Source: Sphaerodactylus townsendi
Taxonomy: Eukaryota
Direction: 5' to 3'
DNA: 64,000 bases
Assembly: GCF_021028975.2 (NCBI RefSeq)
Contig: NC_059428.1
Span: forward strand, 149,544,001-149,608,000
In this document: one piece after another, positions 23,478 through 37,246 of the stretch
Numbering within the stretch: the stretch's first letter is position 1
Layout of the letters: the number at the start of each line of letters is the position of its first letter
Position numbers and translations under genes: made by a program
Notes under the pieces: generated by a model
Databases searched by the model: none
Told to the model about the DNA's origin: nothing
What the model saw: the letters and a program-made list of their open reading frames with translations, nothing else

Positions 23478-23894
23478 CTTTGTTTTAAAAGGGAAAAGGC
23501 CTGTTTTGTGTTTGGAGATGAAGCAAGTTTTATACCATGGATGAAAGGACAGCTGACCCTTTGCTTGCCTTGTGGGAAATGCGGTCATCCCTCCTTTCTT
23601 CCTACACCCTGTAAGCCCCCCTTTGGCCTGCTACTCCAGGTGAGGCCTGGAGCTCCCCAGGAATTAAACAGCTCAGTACTCCAGCCGAGAAAAGGGCAGC
23701 TTCTCAGGGCAAACCAAGTTTAGTGAGCTTGGTAAATAGAAAAACAGCATATAGGTGTTTATATGGAAATACAAGAAGTGTTCAAGCCACGATGGGGTAA
23801 AAATAGTGTATGATTTTGCAAAGGCAGGGGGTCACAGAGGGGTCAAACCTCCCTTATACTGAGCCCTTTAGGGGAGGGCAGTTTATAAGTTTAA

Positions 23895-24410
23895 TAAAAT
23901 AATAATAATAATACTGATAGATAGATATTTATTACGGCCTTTTGGCCAGCCAGTAGTTTAAAATCAGAGTACATGTGAATTCATAGCACTCCACTTATAC
24001 AAAAATATAATATAAATTAAAATCCATTATAAAGTCTATTGATAAATAACATTAGCTTCAGGCATTATTACAGTCCTCATCACACAGTGCAGCTCTTTGT
24101 CTTAATAAGGAACTACGCTTGTTGTGTACCAATATACAAAATTTAGCTACCTTCAGTGAAATGGCGGAAACACGATCTTCTAATAACATTCTTACAGAAT
24201 TCGTATCTGAGTTATCTATGAATGGATATACATGACGAGTTAACAATGGTCGGATTAACAGCTCCCTTTCACCTTCATGTAACTTGCAATGCAGTAAGAT
24301 ATGTGACACTGAGTCTACTTCCCCTGAGCCGCACACACAGGTTCTCCTGTGCCTTGGAATATTTTGGAATCGTCCCATCATATTAGCTGACGGGAAGGCA
24401 TCAATAATAA
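23895..24410 (-). mobile_element. LINE 3' fragment (RT C-terminal CCHC region plus simple-repeat tail; clade uncertain)
   Basis: Minus-strand peptide GRFQNIP..RRTCVCGSGEVDSVSHILLHC.L; AT-rich 3' UTR ending in AATAAA and (TATC)/(TAT)n. Confidence 0.65.
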
Positions 24411-24522
24411 TAATACCTAATTGCCAAGAATGTTGGTTAATTCTTCTAATCCAGCGGTTCTCAACCTGTGGGTCATGACCCCTTTGGGGGTCGAACAACC
24501 CTTTCCCAGGGGTCGCCTAAGA

Positions 24523-25239
24523 CAGCAATGGCGAACCTTTTCCAGACCAAGTGCGCAAATTGCAACCCAAAACCCACTTATTTATCGCAAAGTGCCAACA
24601 CAGCAATTTAACCTGAATACTGAGGTTTTAGTTTAGAAAAAACGGTTGGCTCTGAGGTGTGCGTTACTCAAGAGTAAGCTTGGTGGCAGTTGGTGGCTTT
24701 GCTTTGAAGCAACTGTGCAACTCTAAGAATGGGTGAACCACGACCCTAGGAGGGTTTACTCAGAAGCAAGCCCCACGAGCTTACTCCCAGGTAAAGGATT
24801 GCGCTTTAGTTCTTTGCATGAAAATCAGTGGGGTTTAACAGCGCTTAACAGGGTTACCTACACTGCTTCCCCAAAACTAGGGGCGTTTCCCCACTCACCT
24901 TGATCTCCCCTATGCCGCGCACTGCTCTCAGCGTGCGGCATCCCAGGCGTGCACCCGGGCGTCCCCATCAAAAGGCGCCGTTAAGAAGCGCGCCTGGGAT
25001 GCTGCGCGCTGAGGGGGCGCGGCAGCGTCGGGACGGCTGCGCTGTCGCCGCCCCTGTCATGGGGAGTGCCGGGGGACCCCGCGCTACTCTCCTCAAGTAG
25101 CGCGGGGCTTAAGGTAAGTGGGGAAAGGCCCAGGTCATAGGTTTAATGCTAATAATCGAGCCCAGACGCCCAGGCCAGTCTAGATGTGTGTGTGTGTGGG
25201 GGCACTCTGCTTGCACATGCCATAGGTTCGCCACCACTG
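24523..25239. mobile_element. Non-autonomous hAT element (hAT1-like TIR) nested in the SPIN MITE
   Basis: TIRs CAGCAATGGCGAACCT / AGGTTCGCCACCACTG; 8-bp TSD GCCTAAGA/GTCTAAGA. Confidence 0.8.
24881..25131. mobile_element. GC-rich MITE (PIF/Harbinger-like) nested in the hAT element
   Basis: 21-bp TIRs GGGCGTTTCCCCACTCACCTT / AAGGTAAGTGGGGAAAGGCCC; internal inverted repeats; CpG-rich. Confidence 0.7.
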
Positions 25240-25769
25240 GTCTAAGATCATTGGAAAACATAAATTTCCGATGGTCTTAGGAACCGAGACACAAATAATG
25301 TTATGGCTGGGGGTCACCACAACATGAAGGTTGAGAACCACTGTTCTAATCTTTCCTTCTGATCTTTATGGGGGGGGGGGCTTCTAGGGGTCGTGCCTGC
25401 TGCCCCCAAAGTGTATGTTAGAAGCAGAAAGGGGCGCCATCCCCTTCCCAAACAGGGAGCCCTTCAGCACATGCAAAACAATACACTTTGGATCCACTTT
25501 CACTATTGTTTGCAAGTGGATTTTACTATTCCGCTGCAAAGTGCGCTGAAGGTGCATTATTCTGCGTGTGTGGAAGGAGCCAGGGAGAGCGCAGGTGGGG
25601 CTGCAGAGGTCGGTTCCCCAGCGAAGAAAAGGGGTCGCTTCCCAGGGGGAGACCCTCCAGGCCCCACGCCAAAAGTTCCTCTTCAGACCCCAAGTCCCCC
25701 GGAATGGAGCTGGCAACCGCCTTTCGAGGTCCGGCCAGGGTCAGGCGGCTGCTCAGTGGCAGGCTGGCG

Positions 25770-25884
25770 CCTGAGCATGCGCAGAGTGCAGCCACCTTTG
25801 CTGGGGGCGGCGCACCGTATGCAAATCTCCCCTCTGCGGGGGCTTGTGGGTAGCAGCCGGCCGAGGCGCATGCGCGGGCTCAGC
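25770..25884 (+). promoter_or_regulatory. NDUFAB1 CpG-island promoter with NRF1 sites and an octamer
   Basis: GCGCATGCGC at 25866-25875, GAGCATGCGCA at 25773-25783, ATGCAAAT at 25819-25826, GC box; NRF1 sites are typical of nuclear OXPHOS genes. Confidence 0.7.
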
Positions 25885-28125
<2,241 letters not shown>

Positions 28126-28708
28126 GCCCTTGTCAAGCTGAGCAGGTAGGAAGGAGTGGTGGGGGTGGGCGCCTAATAGAGGATATGTTGCTGCCAGACC
28201 AAGAGGGGGAGGGTGCTTCTCTGTCTCCTTATGTGTGTCTTCCTCTCATAGGCAATCATACAGAGATGCAATAAGAGTATCGGTTGAAACTGGGTGGTGG
28301 GAATGTGTCTCCTGGAGGTCTGGCCACCCCTTTTGGGAAGCAGGTTGGCTTACTTGCTCCAGCTGTTATGGCAGCATTGCCAGGAACCTTTTCAGCCCCT
28401 CAGTCCTGTGTCTGGTGCTTGTGCGGGGAGCGAGCTTTGAAAAGCCTGTACCCTTGCTAGGCAGGAAAGGGAACATCTCTCTACTAGTGGTGTGTGTGTT
28501 TTTTGCTTTAAAATTGTTTCTGACTTCTACAAACCTTGTGTCTCCTTTTCTCCTGCCGGCAGATCTGTTTCTTCCTGAAGACGTGGGGGTTGCTTGCAGG
28601 AATGGGGCGCTGGTGAGCAAAGGGCTCCCACCAACCCCACCTGCTCTCCGACGGCTAGTCGTCAGTGGTTGTATTTAAAGCTGTATAAATATCTATGTTG
28701 TCCTTCAG

Positions 28709-28714
28709 AATAAA
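28709..28714 (+). terminator. NDUFAB1 polyadenylation signal AATAAA
   Basis: Lies in the predicted non-coding last exon starting at 28563. Confidence 0.65.
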
Positions 28715-29756
28715 ATCTAAACCCAGGCTGGCCTTCTCCCTTCTGGTGGTTCCAAGCGTGCCTGCCTTTCATTCTCAGCTTCCTCCTCCTGTGGGGCAGG
28801 GAATAACATGCTCCTCCTCCACCTGCTTGTGTGGCTGCCCAAAGGCGGGGAAGACTCCTTTTGGCAGAGGAGGCAACTCAGAATGGCCACTCACATTGTG
28901 GCCCAGGAAGGCTCTGGCTTTGGATGCTGTGTGACCTGTCTGTCAAGGGGCTCCTGCCTTTCCTGTGGGGAGCTTTTCACCATTTGGTGACAGACTGTGG
29001 TTGACAACTTTGGGTTGGAGGGTTGGGAGTAGAGTTGGAGGAGGGAGGGGACAGAGAGGAATGATGCTGAAGCAGCTGTTTTCACCAGGGGGATTGATCC
29101 TGCACACTGGAGATTGGTTGGAATTCTGGGAGGTCTCCTGATCTCTGCAGGATTTGTGCGTGTGGGTCTGTGGATTCCTGAGCCATCTGCTCCCAAGGCT
29201 CCTTCGTGCCCACTTCTGCCGTGGCCCCCTGCTTGGTACTGGCCAGGATGCACTTCTTTTTCTGTGGTGTGTCCAGGTGTCAGGAGGCACAGAAAGGGGC
29301 TACCCTGTACCAACAGGAAGAAGATTGCCAATCGGGAACACTGTGGGAGCCTGGAAGGACCATTGGAGATCATGGGAGCCGAGAAAGCCCCTTGACTTGC
29401 ATGGGCTCCATTGAAACACATTTCAGAATAAACAGAGTTGCAAATAAAATGCAGAATAGTTTTTCAGTGAAGTTTTTTGGGCCCAGATAAACCACTTGTG
29501 GACTTCAGTGATGAGGCTCGGAGTGGCTGGATGGTGAGGGTCCCTAGGAAGAGAATTTGACCGTCAGATGGCAGCATCTCCTTTCCCTGTCTCAGCTCAG
29601 CCATTTCTTAACGCTGCACTTTTGGGGAGCTTCCTTCCAAGGAATTTCACATCAATTTCCCTCTCCCCGGTACAACACGCAAGTAGCGTCCATTAACTTC
29701 GAAGAAGTTTGCATTTTATTTTCCACTCAACATTTCTGAATATACAACAGGCTGTG

Positions 29757-30935
29757 TTTCTTTTTTTCTTAATTTTTTATTGTATCATTTGAACATTACA
29801 GTTTATATTAGTAATCTTCTTCATTCATTTTCAAATATGTTTTCCCCCTTTCCCTCCTCCCTCCGTGTTTTCTTCATGATTTTATCAAACAGCAGTAAGT
29901 TCATTCTTTGTATTCTCTTCTATATTGCCTCATTGACTCCAGCTTCTTTCATCAAGTCCACATATATTGTCCTTATCTTCAAGATTTCGCTCTGTTTATC
30001 TTGCCACAGTTTATTTTTTGTTATTATATCGAAAATGTCCAGTGTCACTTGATCCCAAATGTATTCCAACCATTTCTGGATTGTCCATTTTTTCTTTTCT
30101 TTCCAGCCTAAAGCTATTATTGCATGCGCTGCTCTAATCATTATTTTATACATATAGCTATATTTTTATCCACCCTTCTATCCTCCATTACACCCATGAA
30201 CATTAAATCATTATTTAAACCAATATTAATTTTCACCAGTTTTTCGATATATATCATTACAGTTGCCCAAAATTTTTTCACTTCTGTACATTCCATCCAC
30301 AATATGACTATAGTATGCCTCCTGGTCTCCACAGTGCCAGCTTTTAATCAACTATGCTAATTGTTTTGGTGTTCTATACCACTTCAATATCACTTTTCTT
30401 TCCAATTCCATATATTTCTCAATCTTTAGATTTTTCCAACTGTCAATTAGATTTTCAGTTTTTCGTGTGTCTAGAAAACCTTCCTTCTCCCATTTTTGAT
30501 TCAATGTTCTCATCATAATATCTTTATCATCATTTTTATATATATGTGTGTATATATATATATGTTTATATATATGCCCCCAAATTTTCCCTTTACATTT
30601 TTCATATAGTTCAAAACATTCATATAGTTCAAATACATTCTCTTCTTATTCGTGAAACCTTTATCCTTTCCCAAATGCCCCTCAAAACCAACCAGTTTTC
30701 ATTACCTCCTAACTCTATAAAGTATTGTAATTTCATAATTTCTCTTCCATCTCTTACCAAATTTGCAACAGTTTGAATTCCTTGTCTTTTCAATATTTTT
30801 ATCACTTTTTTCCCATCTTTTCCGGCCACACTTGCCAAAGGTGCCACGTCCATAGTGCTGGGCATCCACTTACCCCCATATATCTAGTAACACTTTTCTT
30901 GGCCCCCATATATCTAGTAACACTTTTCTTGGCCC
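29757..30935 (-). mobile_element. Degenerate L1/Tx1-like LINE 3' fragment
   Basis: Very AT-rich. Minus-strand peptides WMECTEVKKFW..V and AA..IIALGWK....TIQKW match L1 ORF2 C-terminal motifs; poly-T at ~29760 is the poly-A tail; 30-bp tandem duplication at 30873-30932. Confidence 0.7.
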
Positions 30936-31073
30936 TATTGCAGTTTGGTTCAGGCTGTGTTTCTTATGGCTGCCAACCCTGATTTTGTCTGGCTTCGTGG
31001 CCCAGTGTTTGGGTCCCGGGCCAGTCAGAGAACTGCTGTCCCTGTTGATGGGCTGTGCAAATGCAAGGAGTCT

Positions 31074-31178
31074 CCTTTGGAAGTTTTTAAACAGGCTGGA
31101 TGATCATATGTCAGGGGGTGCGTGGCAGGGGGTTGGACTGGATGGCCCTCGGGGTCTCTTCCAACTCTATGATTCTAT
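31074..31178 (+). mobile_element. CR1 3'-end fragment
   Basis: GGGGTTGGACTGATGGCC...CTTCCAACTCTATGATTCTAT terminal motif. Confidence 0.7.
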
Positions 31179-31459
31179 AAGGGCAGGAAGACGAGTGTCT
31201 TGACAATGTGGTGCTGCAGTGAAACCTCCTCCCTTCTGCACAGCCCTGAAAAGACCACCGCCCCCCTCCCTCCATGGATCCAGGCCCTTAAAGCTCCAAG
31301 CATGTTCCAAGCCCGGGTGTGCAATATCATGCTTAGATATTTGGAAAACTCTCTCTCTAGGGGTCTGCGCCCTGTAGCTCTCCAGATGTTCATGGACTAC
31401 AATTCCCATCATCCCCTGCCAGCATGGAGCGCCACAGGTTGCAGAAGTTCTAGGCTAGA

Positions 31460-32160
31460 ATCTAGACATTCACGTGCACGTCTGCCGACTCATTTTTGAG
31501 CACACCCCCTGCAAACCGCCCGGGCCGGGGTTGCCATGGCGCCGTCCCGGAAGCGCTTGCAGGGCGGGGGGAGCGCTTCCGGTCAAGGCGGGGCGGCTGC
31601 CAGGCTGAGCGTCTCCTCCGTGCGGGAGGCTGGAAATGGCGGCCGGGAGGGGGCAGCGCAGGACGGCGGCGCCCGAGACCACCCTGCCGGGGCCCCCCAC
31701 TCCCGCCGCCGCCCCGGGGCCCGCGACCCGCCACTAAGGCCGCCCGCCCGCCCGCCCGCGGGGAAGAGAGGGAGAGGCCGGCAGGTAAGGGAGGGGCGGC
31801 GCTGCTGCTGCTGCTGCTGCTGGGAGCCCTCCCCGGCCCAGCCTCTGCGGGAGAGAGCGGGAGGAGGGTGCCGGCGGAACTCCCTGCCACCGACGGACGG
31901 ACGGAGTACGCGCGCACCCACCCACCAGCCCTGCGAGGGAGGCCAGGCGGAGAGAGAGCGGGGCAAGGTCACCCCAGAGGCCGCCTGGGGGGGCTGCGAG
32001 GAGCCTCCGCTTCCGCCGCCGCTCCTGGGCTGGGTCTCCTGCCAGCTGGAGGCTGCTGGTTGCCCGGCCTGGTTGGCATTCAGGCTGCCCTCCGAGGCCC
32101 CCCTCGAGCCCGCTGGGGGAAGCGCAGGCGGCGGGCATGGAAAGGCTGAGCCTCGCCCTG
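31460..32160 (+). promoter_or_regulatory. TNRC6A CpG-island promoter and probable first exon (donor CAG|GTAAGG after 31784)
   Basis: CpG-dense; E-box CACGTG, ETS CCGGAAG, YY1-like AAATGGCGGC; strong donor site. Confidence 0.7.
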
Positions 32161-32552
32161 CCCTGCCCTGGGGCACCCCGTACCCCTCTCCACCCTGCGC
32201 CTCTGATGGGGTGGGCACTTGCGCTGGCAAGGCTTCTGCCTCCTGCATGGGTGTTGCTGCCAGAGCCATTGCCCGGGACAGCGGGTGGGGGTGCTGGCTG
32301 CTTCGTTTTTATTCGGAGCCCTTGCCGCTCTTGGAAGGGGTTTCCAGATGGCCTCCCTGCAGTGGTGGCCCAAATGCATCCCTGGGCTTCTGCGTTGCCC
32401 CTTTCCCCTCCAGCTCCCGGCCACCCCCTAGCAAAGCCCTTTCTTTTGACAGGGTGGGTGCGTGGCCCCGATTGTACTGTCCGCCCCGGTACTACGGGGC
32501 TGCTTTGGCCCTGGCTCCGCTGACTGGCCCGTGCCTCGTTTTTCTGTTTCAG

Positions 32553-32602
32553 AGTGTTGGAAGCTAAAGCTACCAAAGAAGCCAAGAGAACACATCAAGC
32601 AG
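32553..32602 (+). other. TNRC6A: TNRC6A exon 2 homologue (LEAKATK), 50 nt, out of phase with exon 3
   Basis: Acceptor TTTCAG, donor GTAACA; peptide matches the human N-terminus MRELEAKATK. Confidence 0.7.
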
Positions 32603-34004
32603 GTAACAGGGGGACTGGGCTGGCAGCGATGAAGGTGGGACAGCAGGCGCCGCAGCACTGGAAACGCCTGCTTGCTTTCCCCCTTCCAAACAAGCTTGAG
32701 CTGGGGAGCGGAGAGAAGAAGCATTTTGCAAAACCCGACGGAGCTATAATTTCATTCTCTAGAAATGTGTTGGGAGTATGTAAACATTGTTGTTGATCTT
32801 ATTATAAGGCGGAGCCGAGCAAAAAGGCTCTTTATGAAGTTCTGTGACCCTCCTGTAAATATCTTGCCAAACATACTTTCCTTGGCTACATTCAGGCTGT
32901 GGCTGCAGCAGGCGAGGGCGAAAAAGATGAATGCCTTGCTTGTTTGTTTTTCATCCTTCTCCAGCCAAGTGGAGTTTTATTGGCTGGGAATCATCGCTGG
33001 CCTTGAACTCGACACAAGCCGCATTATGTGAAAAAAGCATTTTTTCCCCCTTGTGTGGGTTGAATTACGGAGCAAATTCACAAGCGCCTCTGAATAGCCG
33101 GGGAGTTTTTGAAACCTCTTATTATTGCACGACTGATAAAACTGCAGTGTTTGCTGTCACCTTTGAAGGAAAAAGCCTGTCAGATTCTCCTTCTGTGACA
33201 TTGATTCTGAGTGGTATCAATAGTCTGGTGTTTTTCAGCTGTAGATGTCAGAGTCGTTTCCCATTCTGACAAAGATGTTGTCAGGAGGGTAGACCTCTGT
33301 TTTCGTTTTAGCACGTGGAAATTAAGATTGTCATGGCTAAGCAATGATGTGAAACCAGCTCCCTCCCTTCCCCGGATCAGAGTAGTACCACCCAGTGTCC
33401 ACACTTTCCTTTTTCTGTTTCTTCTTTCGATATCTTTGTTTTGTATTCATGCAAAATGGACAAAAAGCAGAATTTGCTCAAGGCTTCAAAATTGGCTCAG
33501 TCCGTCTGGCTGGTTGTTGTTCACAACCCAGATGATGTGTCTCAGAGGCTGCTGGTTTGTAATTTGGAGTTGTTCGTCTAAGAGTGTTCCTCAGGGTAGC
33601 TTTGCCATCAAGAACTGACTACGCCGTCGGGCAGGGTTGCGGGATGATGGAGTGTGTCTGTTTCTGATTCCTCCTTCATCTCTAGAGTGAGTTTGCAGAT
33701 CTGCTTTCTCCACAGTTTCTGAAGCCAGTTTCTGAAGCCAGACTCAGAAACGCTCACATTGGTCTTGCTGTGAAGCAGCGACAGCGAATTGTGGCGGTGT
33801 CGCTGTTCTGCATTGTTGTTTTGTTCTTACTGTTTGTGGCTGCTTTTCAAGTTTCAACCTTAGCTTTATAGTGTGTGTTGGAGTGGTGGGGAGATATGTT
33901 GAGCCACGGAGGGAGCTGAACAGCTTCAAGTGCCTTCAGAGAAGCCCCAGATTAAGCTGCTGCTTAAAATACCTTCACATTGATTTTAATGTCCTGTTAA
34001 TTTC

Positions 34005-34005
34005 C

Positions 34006-34080
<75 letters not shown>

Positions 34081-34081
34081 A
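34005..34081. repeat. Compound microsatellite (CTGT)n(CT)n(CA)n
   Basis: Direct inspection. Confidence 0.95.
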
Positions 34082-34964
34082 CCCCTAGAAGATTATCAAA
34101 ACAATAAAGTCATAGGAAACATAGGGTCAATAATGTATCCTAAAAACTAACTGGGATGGCATCCGGGCTTCCAGACAGAGGCCCATTTTGAGAGAGGGAG
34201 AGCAAGGGAGCAGGAATGTCTCTTTGCCTTTTCCCTCTGAGTTTATCCGACTGCTTTTCCACCTGAAGACTGGCTGCCCCTGCCCTTCCTTGAGGCGGTT
34301 CTCTCTGGCCTCACCAGTCCTGGCCCTTCTTGTGAGGAACCTTTTGAGCATTTAAAGAGGTTGGGGGGGCGGGGTAAACCAGATTGTGCCCCCTCCCTGG
34401 AGAGCCCCATTCTTCCTCTGTTAATGTGATCTTGGAGTGAGCAACTGCTGCAGAAGAGGTTGGAACAGAGTTAGCGGCAGAGGTCAGTTTCATAACCGGA
34501 GCTGTTCCGTGCACGGGCGTGTGACTCTTCTTATCATGTTAATTGCCAGTTCTCTAATTTCTGACAGGAGAGACGAGCTGCTTGACATAATCAGCCTACC
34601 AAGAGCCAACGGGAGTGATCGTGCTAGTGGTAGTACCGAAATCGGCTGGCACATAAACAGTTGCTTGGGAGGATATCCTGTTCAAGCGCTGAAACTGAAT
34701 GTGACCACAGGGCATGGGGAGCCACCATGTTGGCAGCATCACTTGTGGTGGGATGAGGACACGGAGGAGACAGACACTCCCTTGCAGAAAAGACGGGCTC
34801 TCTCGCTCCGTAAGGCACAGTTGGGGAGAGGCGACTCTGTCATGAGCGTGCAAAGTTAATGTGTAAACAATCTTCTGGAGTCTTGTAATTTGGCAGGTCC
34901 CTGCTTTCTGGTGGTCTGGCTGTGCGCGGGAGCCCACAAAGGTGTCATTGACCTCGGTGGCTCA

Positions 34965-35015
34965 GGCTAGGCCGATCTTGTCAGATCTCAGAAGCAAAGC
35001 TTTGCGTCCCTGGTG
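34965..35015 (+). mobile_element. 5S-rRNA-derived SINE head fragment
   Basis: GCCGATCTTGTCAGATCTCAGAAGCAAAGC resembles the 5S internal segment; too degenerate and short for a 5S gene. Confidence 0.5.
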
Positions 35016-35607
35016 AGGAGGTGGGTGGGGTACAAATGATTTAAATACATTTATACTCTGCCTTTCTTCCCACCAAGGGCCCAAAAGCATTCCTTTCCTC
35101 AGTTTTATCCTCACAGCAACTACATGAGATGAGTCAGGCTGAGAAAGGGCCCTGGTGTCCGGACAGAGTTTGAACCTCAGTCTCCCAGATCCGGCCTCTC
35201 CCTACTGCACTGGCCATGGCATGTATTGGGAGCCTTCCCAGAAAGCCCTGATGAGTTGGCTTCTTTCAGTGTCTGTCGGTTTGCATCCAAGCTATAGTTT
35301 CAGGCCAGGGAGTGAGATTCAGCAGCCGTCCTGCTCTTTTGACCTCCGAGACAGGCCCTCTTACTACCTCAGAGGTGCACCCAGGAAATGCCCACGCTCC
35401 TGCGCCTGACGCTCAGCAGAACACAGGTGGTAGCTTGTCAGAACGCCTTCTCCACAGCTCACACAGCCTAGGAATTCCTGCTCAGTGTGGGGTGGGAGGT
35501 GGGATCCTTGCTGGAGGAAAATGTGCTGGCAGGAAAGGTCAACTCATGGATGTAACATGAAGAAAACTTTTTAATAGTGATAGGTCGTCTTGGGGAGGAA
35601 GAGGCAG

Positions 35608-36278
35608 GCCAGTGTGGCATAGTGGTTCAGGTGGATTCTAACCTGGAGAACCGGGTTTGATTCCCCACTCCTCCACCTGAGTGGCAGAGGCTTGTCTGGT
35701 GAACCAGATGTGTTGAAATTATCAAAAATTTATCCAAATATATACAGTATCTCAGGAAAAACTGTAAAAATCAACCTTGCAGGGTTGTTATTACTGCAGA
35801 TTTTCATGTACAAGATATAACAACTGTGATATAAAGAAAGAGATGTCCATCAAATTAGTAACAATATCATCATAATGTTAGAAGATTATACATTTCAAAA
35901 TATTCCGGTATCAAAGTGCTGCAACATTTAAAGAAACAAGTTCATCAATGGATATGTGAGGTTGATTTTTACAGTTTTTCATTACAATATATGCCTTGCC
36001 TCCTTATATACAACAATTGGTTCGCTGCTGTCTGCTATTTCTAGTTGTGGCTTGTATATTATTTGCGTTGTTTGCAGAACCAAATGTGTTTCCACACTCC
36101 TACATTCCTTCTGGGTGACTTTGGGCTAGTCACAGATCGTTCAGACCTCTCTCAGCCCCACCCGCCTCACAGGGTGTCTGTTGTGGGGAGAGGAAGGGAA
36201 AGGAGCTTGTAAGCCTCCTTGAGTCTCCTTACAGGAGAGAAAGATGGGGTGTAAATCCAAACTCTTCTTCTTCTTCTT
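35608..36278 (+). mobile_element. Squam3-like SINE interrupted by an AT-rich insertion (35715-36076)
   Basis: Head 35608-35714, remainder 36077-36278 with (CTT)n tail. Confidence 0.82.
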
Positions 36279-36543
36279 ACTACTGTGTGGCAAAAATTGG
36301 GCACGATGCTGTCACTTGCTGGAAAATAATTCCCACCCATCCCTCTTGCCTCCACTCCCCAGAGTCGGCCTGATGACTGTGCAGTGTTCAAAGGGGATCC
36401 ATTGAGACCAGCGGGGTTTGGGGCTCTGAATCAAATGATAAATGGTGTTGGCTACTCTGAGATGTGTCCAGAGCGCCGTCCCAGGACCTAACCGCGGCCC
36501 TTTTTGTCTCAGGGAATTAGTGCAAGAGGAGGAGAAACGGTTG

Positions 36544-37205
36544 ATGGAAGAAAGGAAAAAGAGGAAAGAGGAGAAGAAGAAAAGAGAAGCTGCTCCGAAG
36601 AAGGTGAGCCTTTTGTTTCTCTGAGAGGGGTACGCAGCCCAGGCGGCTGGCAGCAAATCCCAGTCATCAGAACCGATGCAGTCTCAAAGCTGTTGAGCCT
36701 CCGTTGTGTTCTCTTTCCTGTTGTTCTGATGCTCCACACAGACACGGCTCATGTTATCTGGTCCAGTTGCTGCTGGGGTTGTGTTTCTGCTTTTGCCTGG
36801 CTGACCATTTCTAACAGAAAAATCTTGCATTTAAACATTTGTGCTGAGTCTGACATACTGTTGTTTGGGAAGGAGGATCTTTTGCCGTTTAATATGCATC
36901 TTTGAATGATCTTGTTATGATATTTAAGTTCAGCACTTTTGTTTATGTTCGTAATTCTGTCCGTTTATAGGGCAAGAATGTACCCAGAAGTCATTAATTG
37001 GTTGATTGACTTTTTGTTTCAGGCCACTGAACAGAAAAACAAAGGTAGGCCACCTCCGAGGTCTTGACGTAAGTTTGCTGTGGTGCGGTGAAGGACTCTG
37101 AAAGTGGAGGAGAAGTGCCAGCTCGCTTCTCAGTGCTGAATCCTTTCTCCAGGCTTTAGCCAAGGCCGTGGCAGAAAGGCAGAGAGGGGGTGGTGAAGGT
37201 GGCAT

Positions 37206-37246
<41 letters not shown>

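Larger units (their letters stand above)
24452..25343 (+). mobile_element. SPIN-like hAT MITE interrupted by nested insertions
   Basis: TIRs CAGCGGTTCTCAACCT / AGGTTGAGAACCACTG; perfect TSD TTCTAATC; the two halves rejoin to match the copy at 46597-46797. Confidence 0.88.

Noticed and set aside
31496-32585. Long overlapping ORFs (217-343 aa) in the TNRC6A CpG island
   Set aside because: Low-complexity G/A/R/P ORFs expected from stop-codon scarcity at very high GC; no recognisable domain
32700-33450. Possible conserved non-coding enhancers in TNRC6A intron 2
   Set aside because: Cannot be supported without a cross-species alignment
34965-35015. 5S rRNA gene
   Set aside because: Only ~40 degenerate nt match; consistent with a SINE-derived fragment
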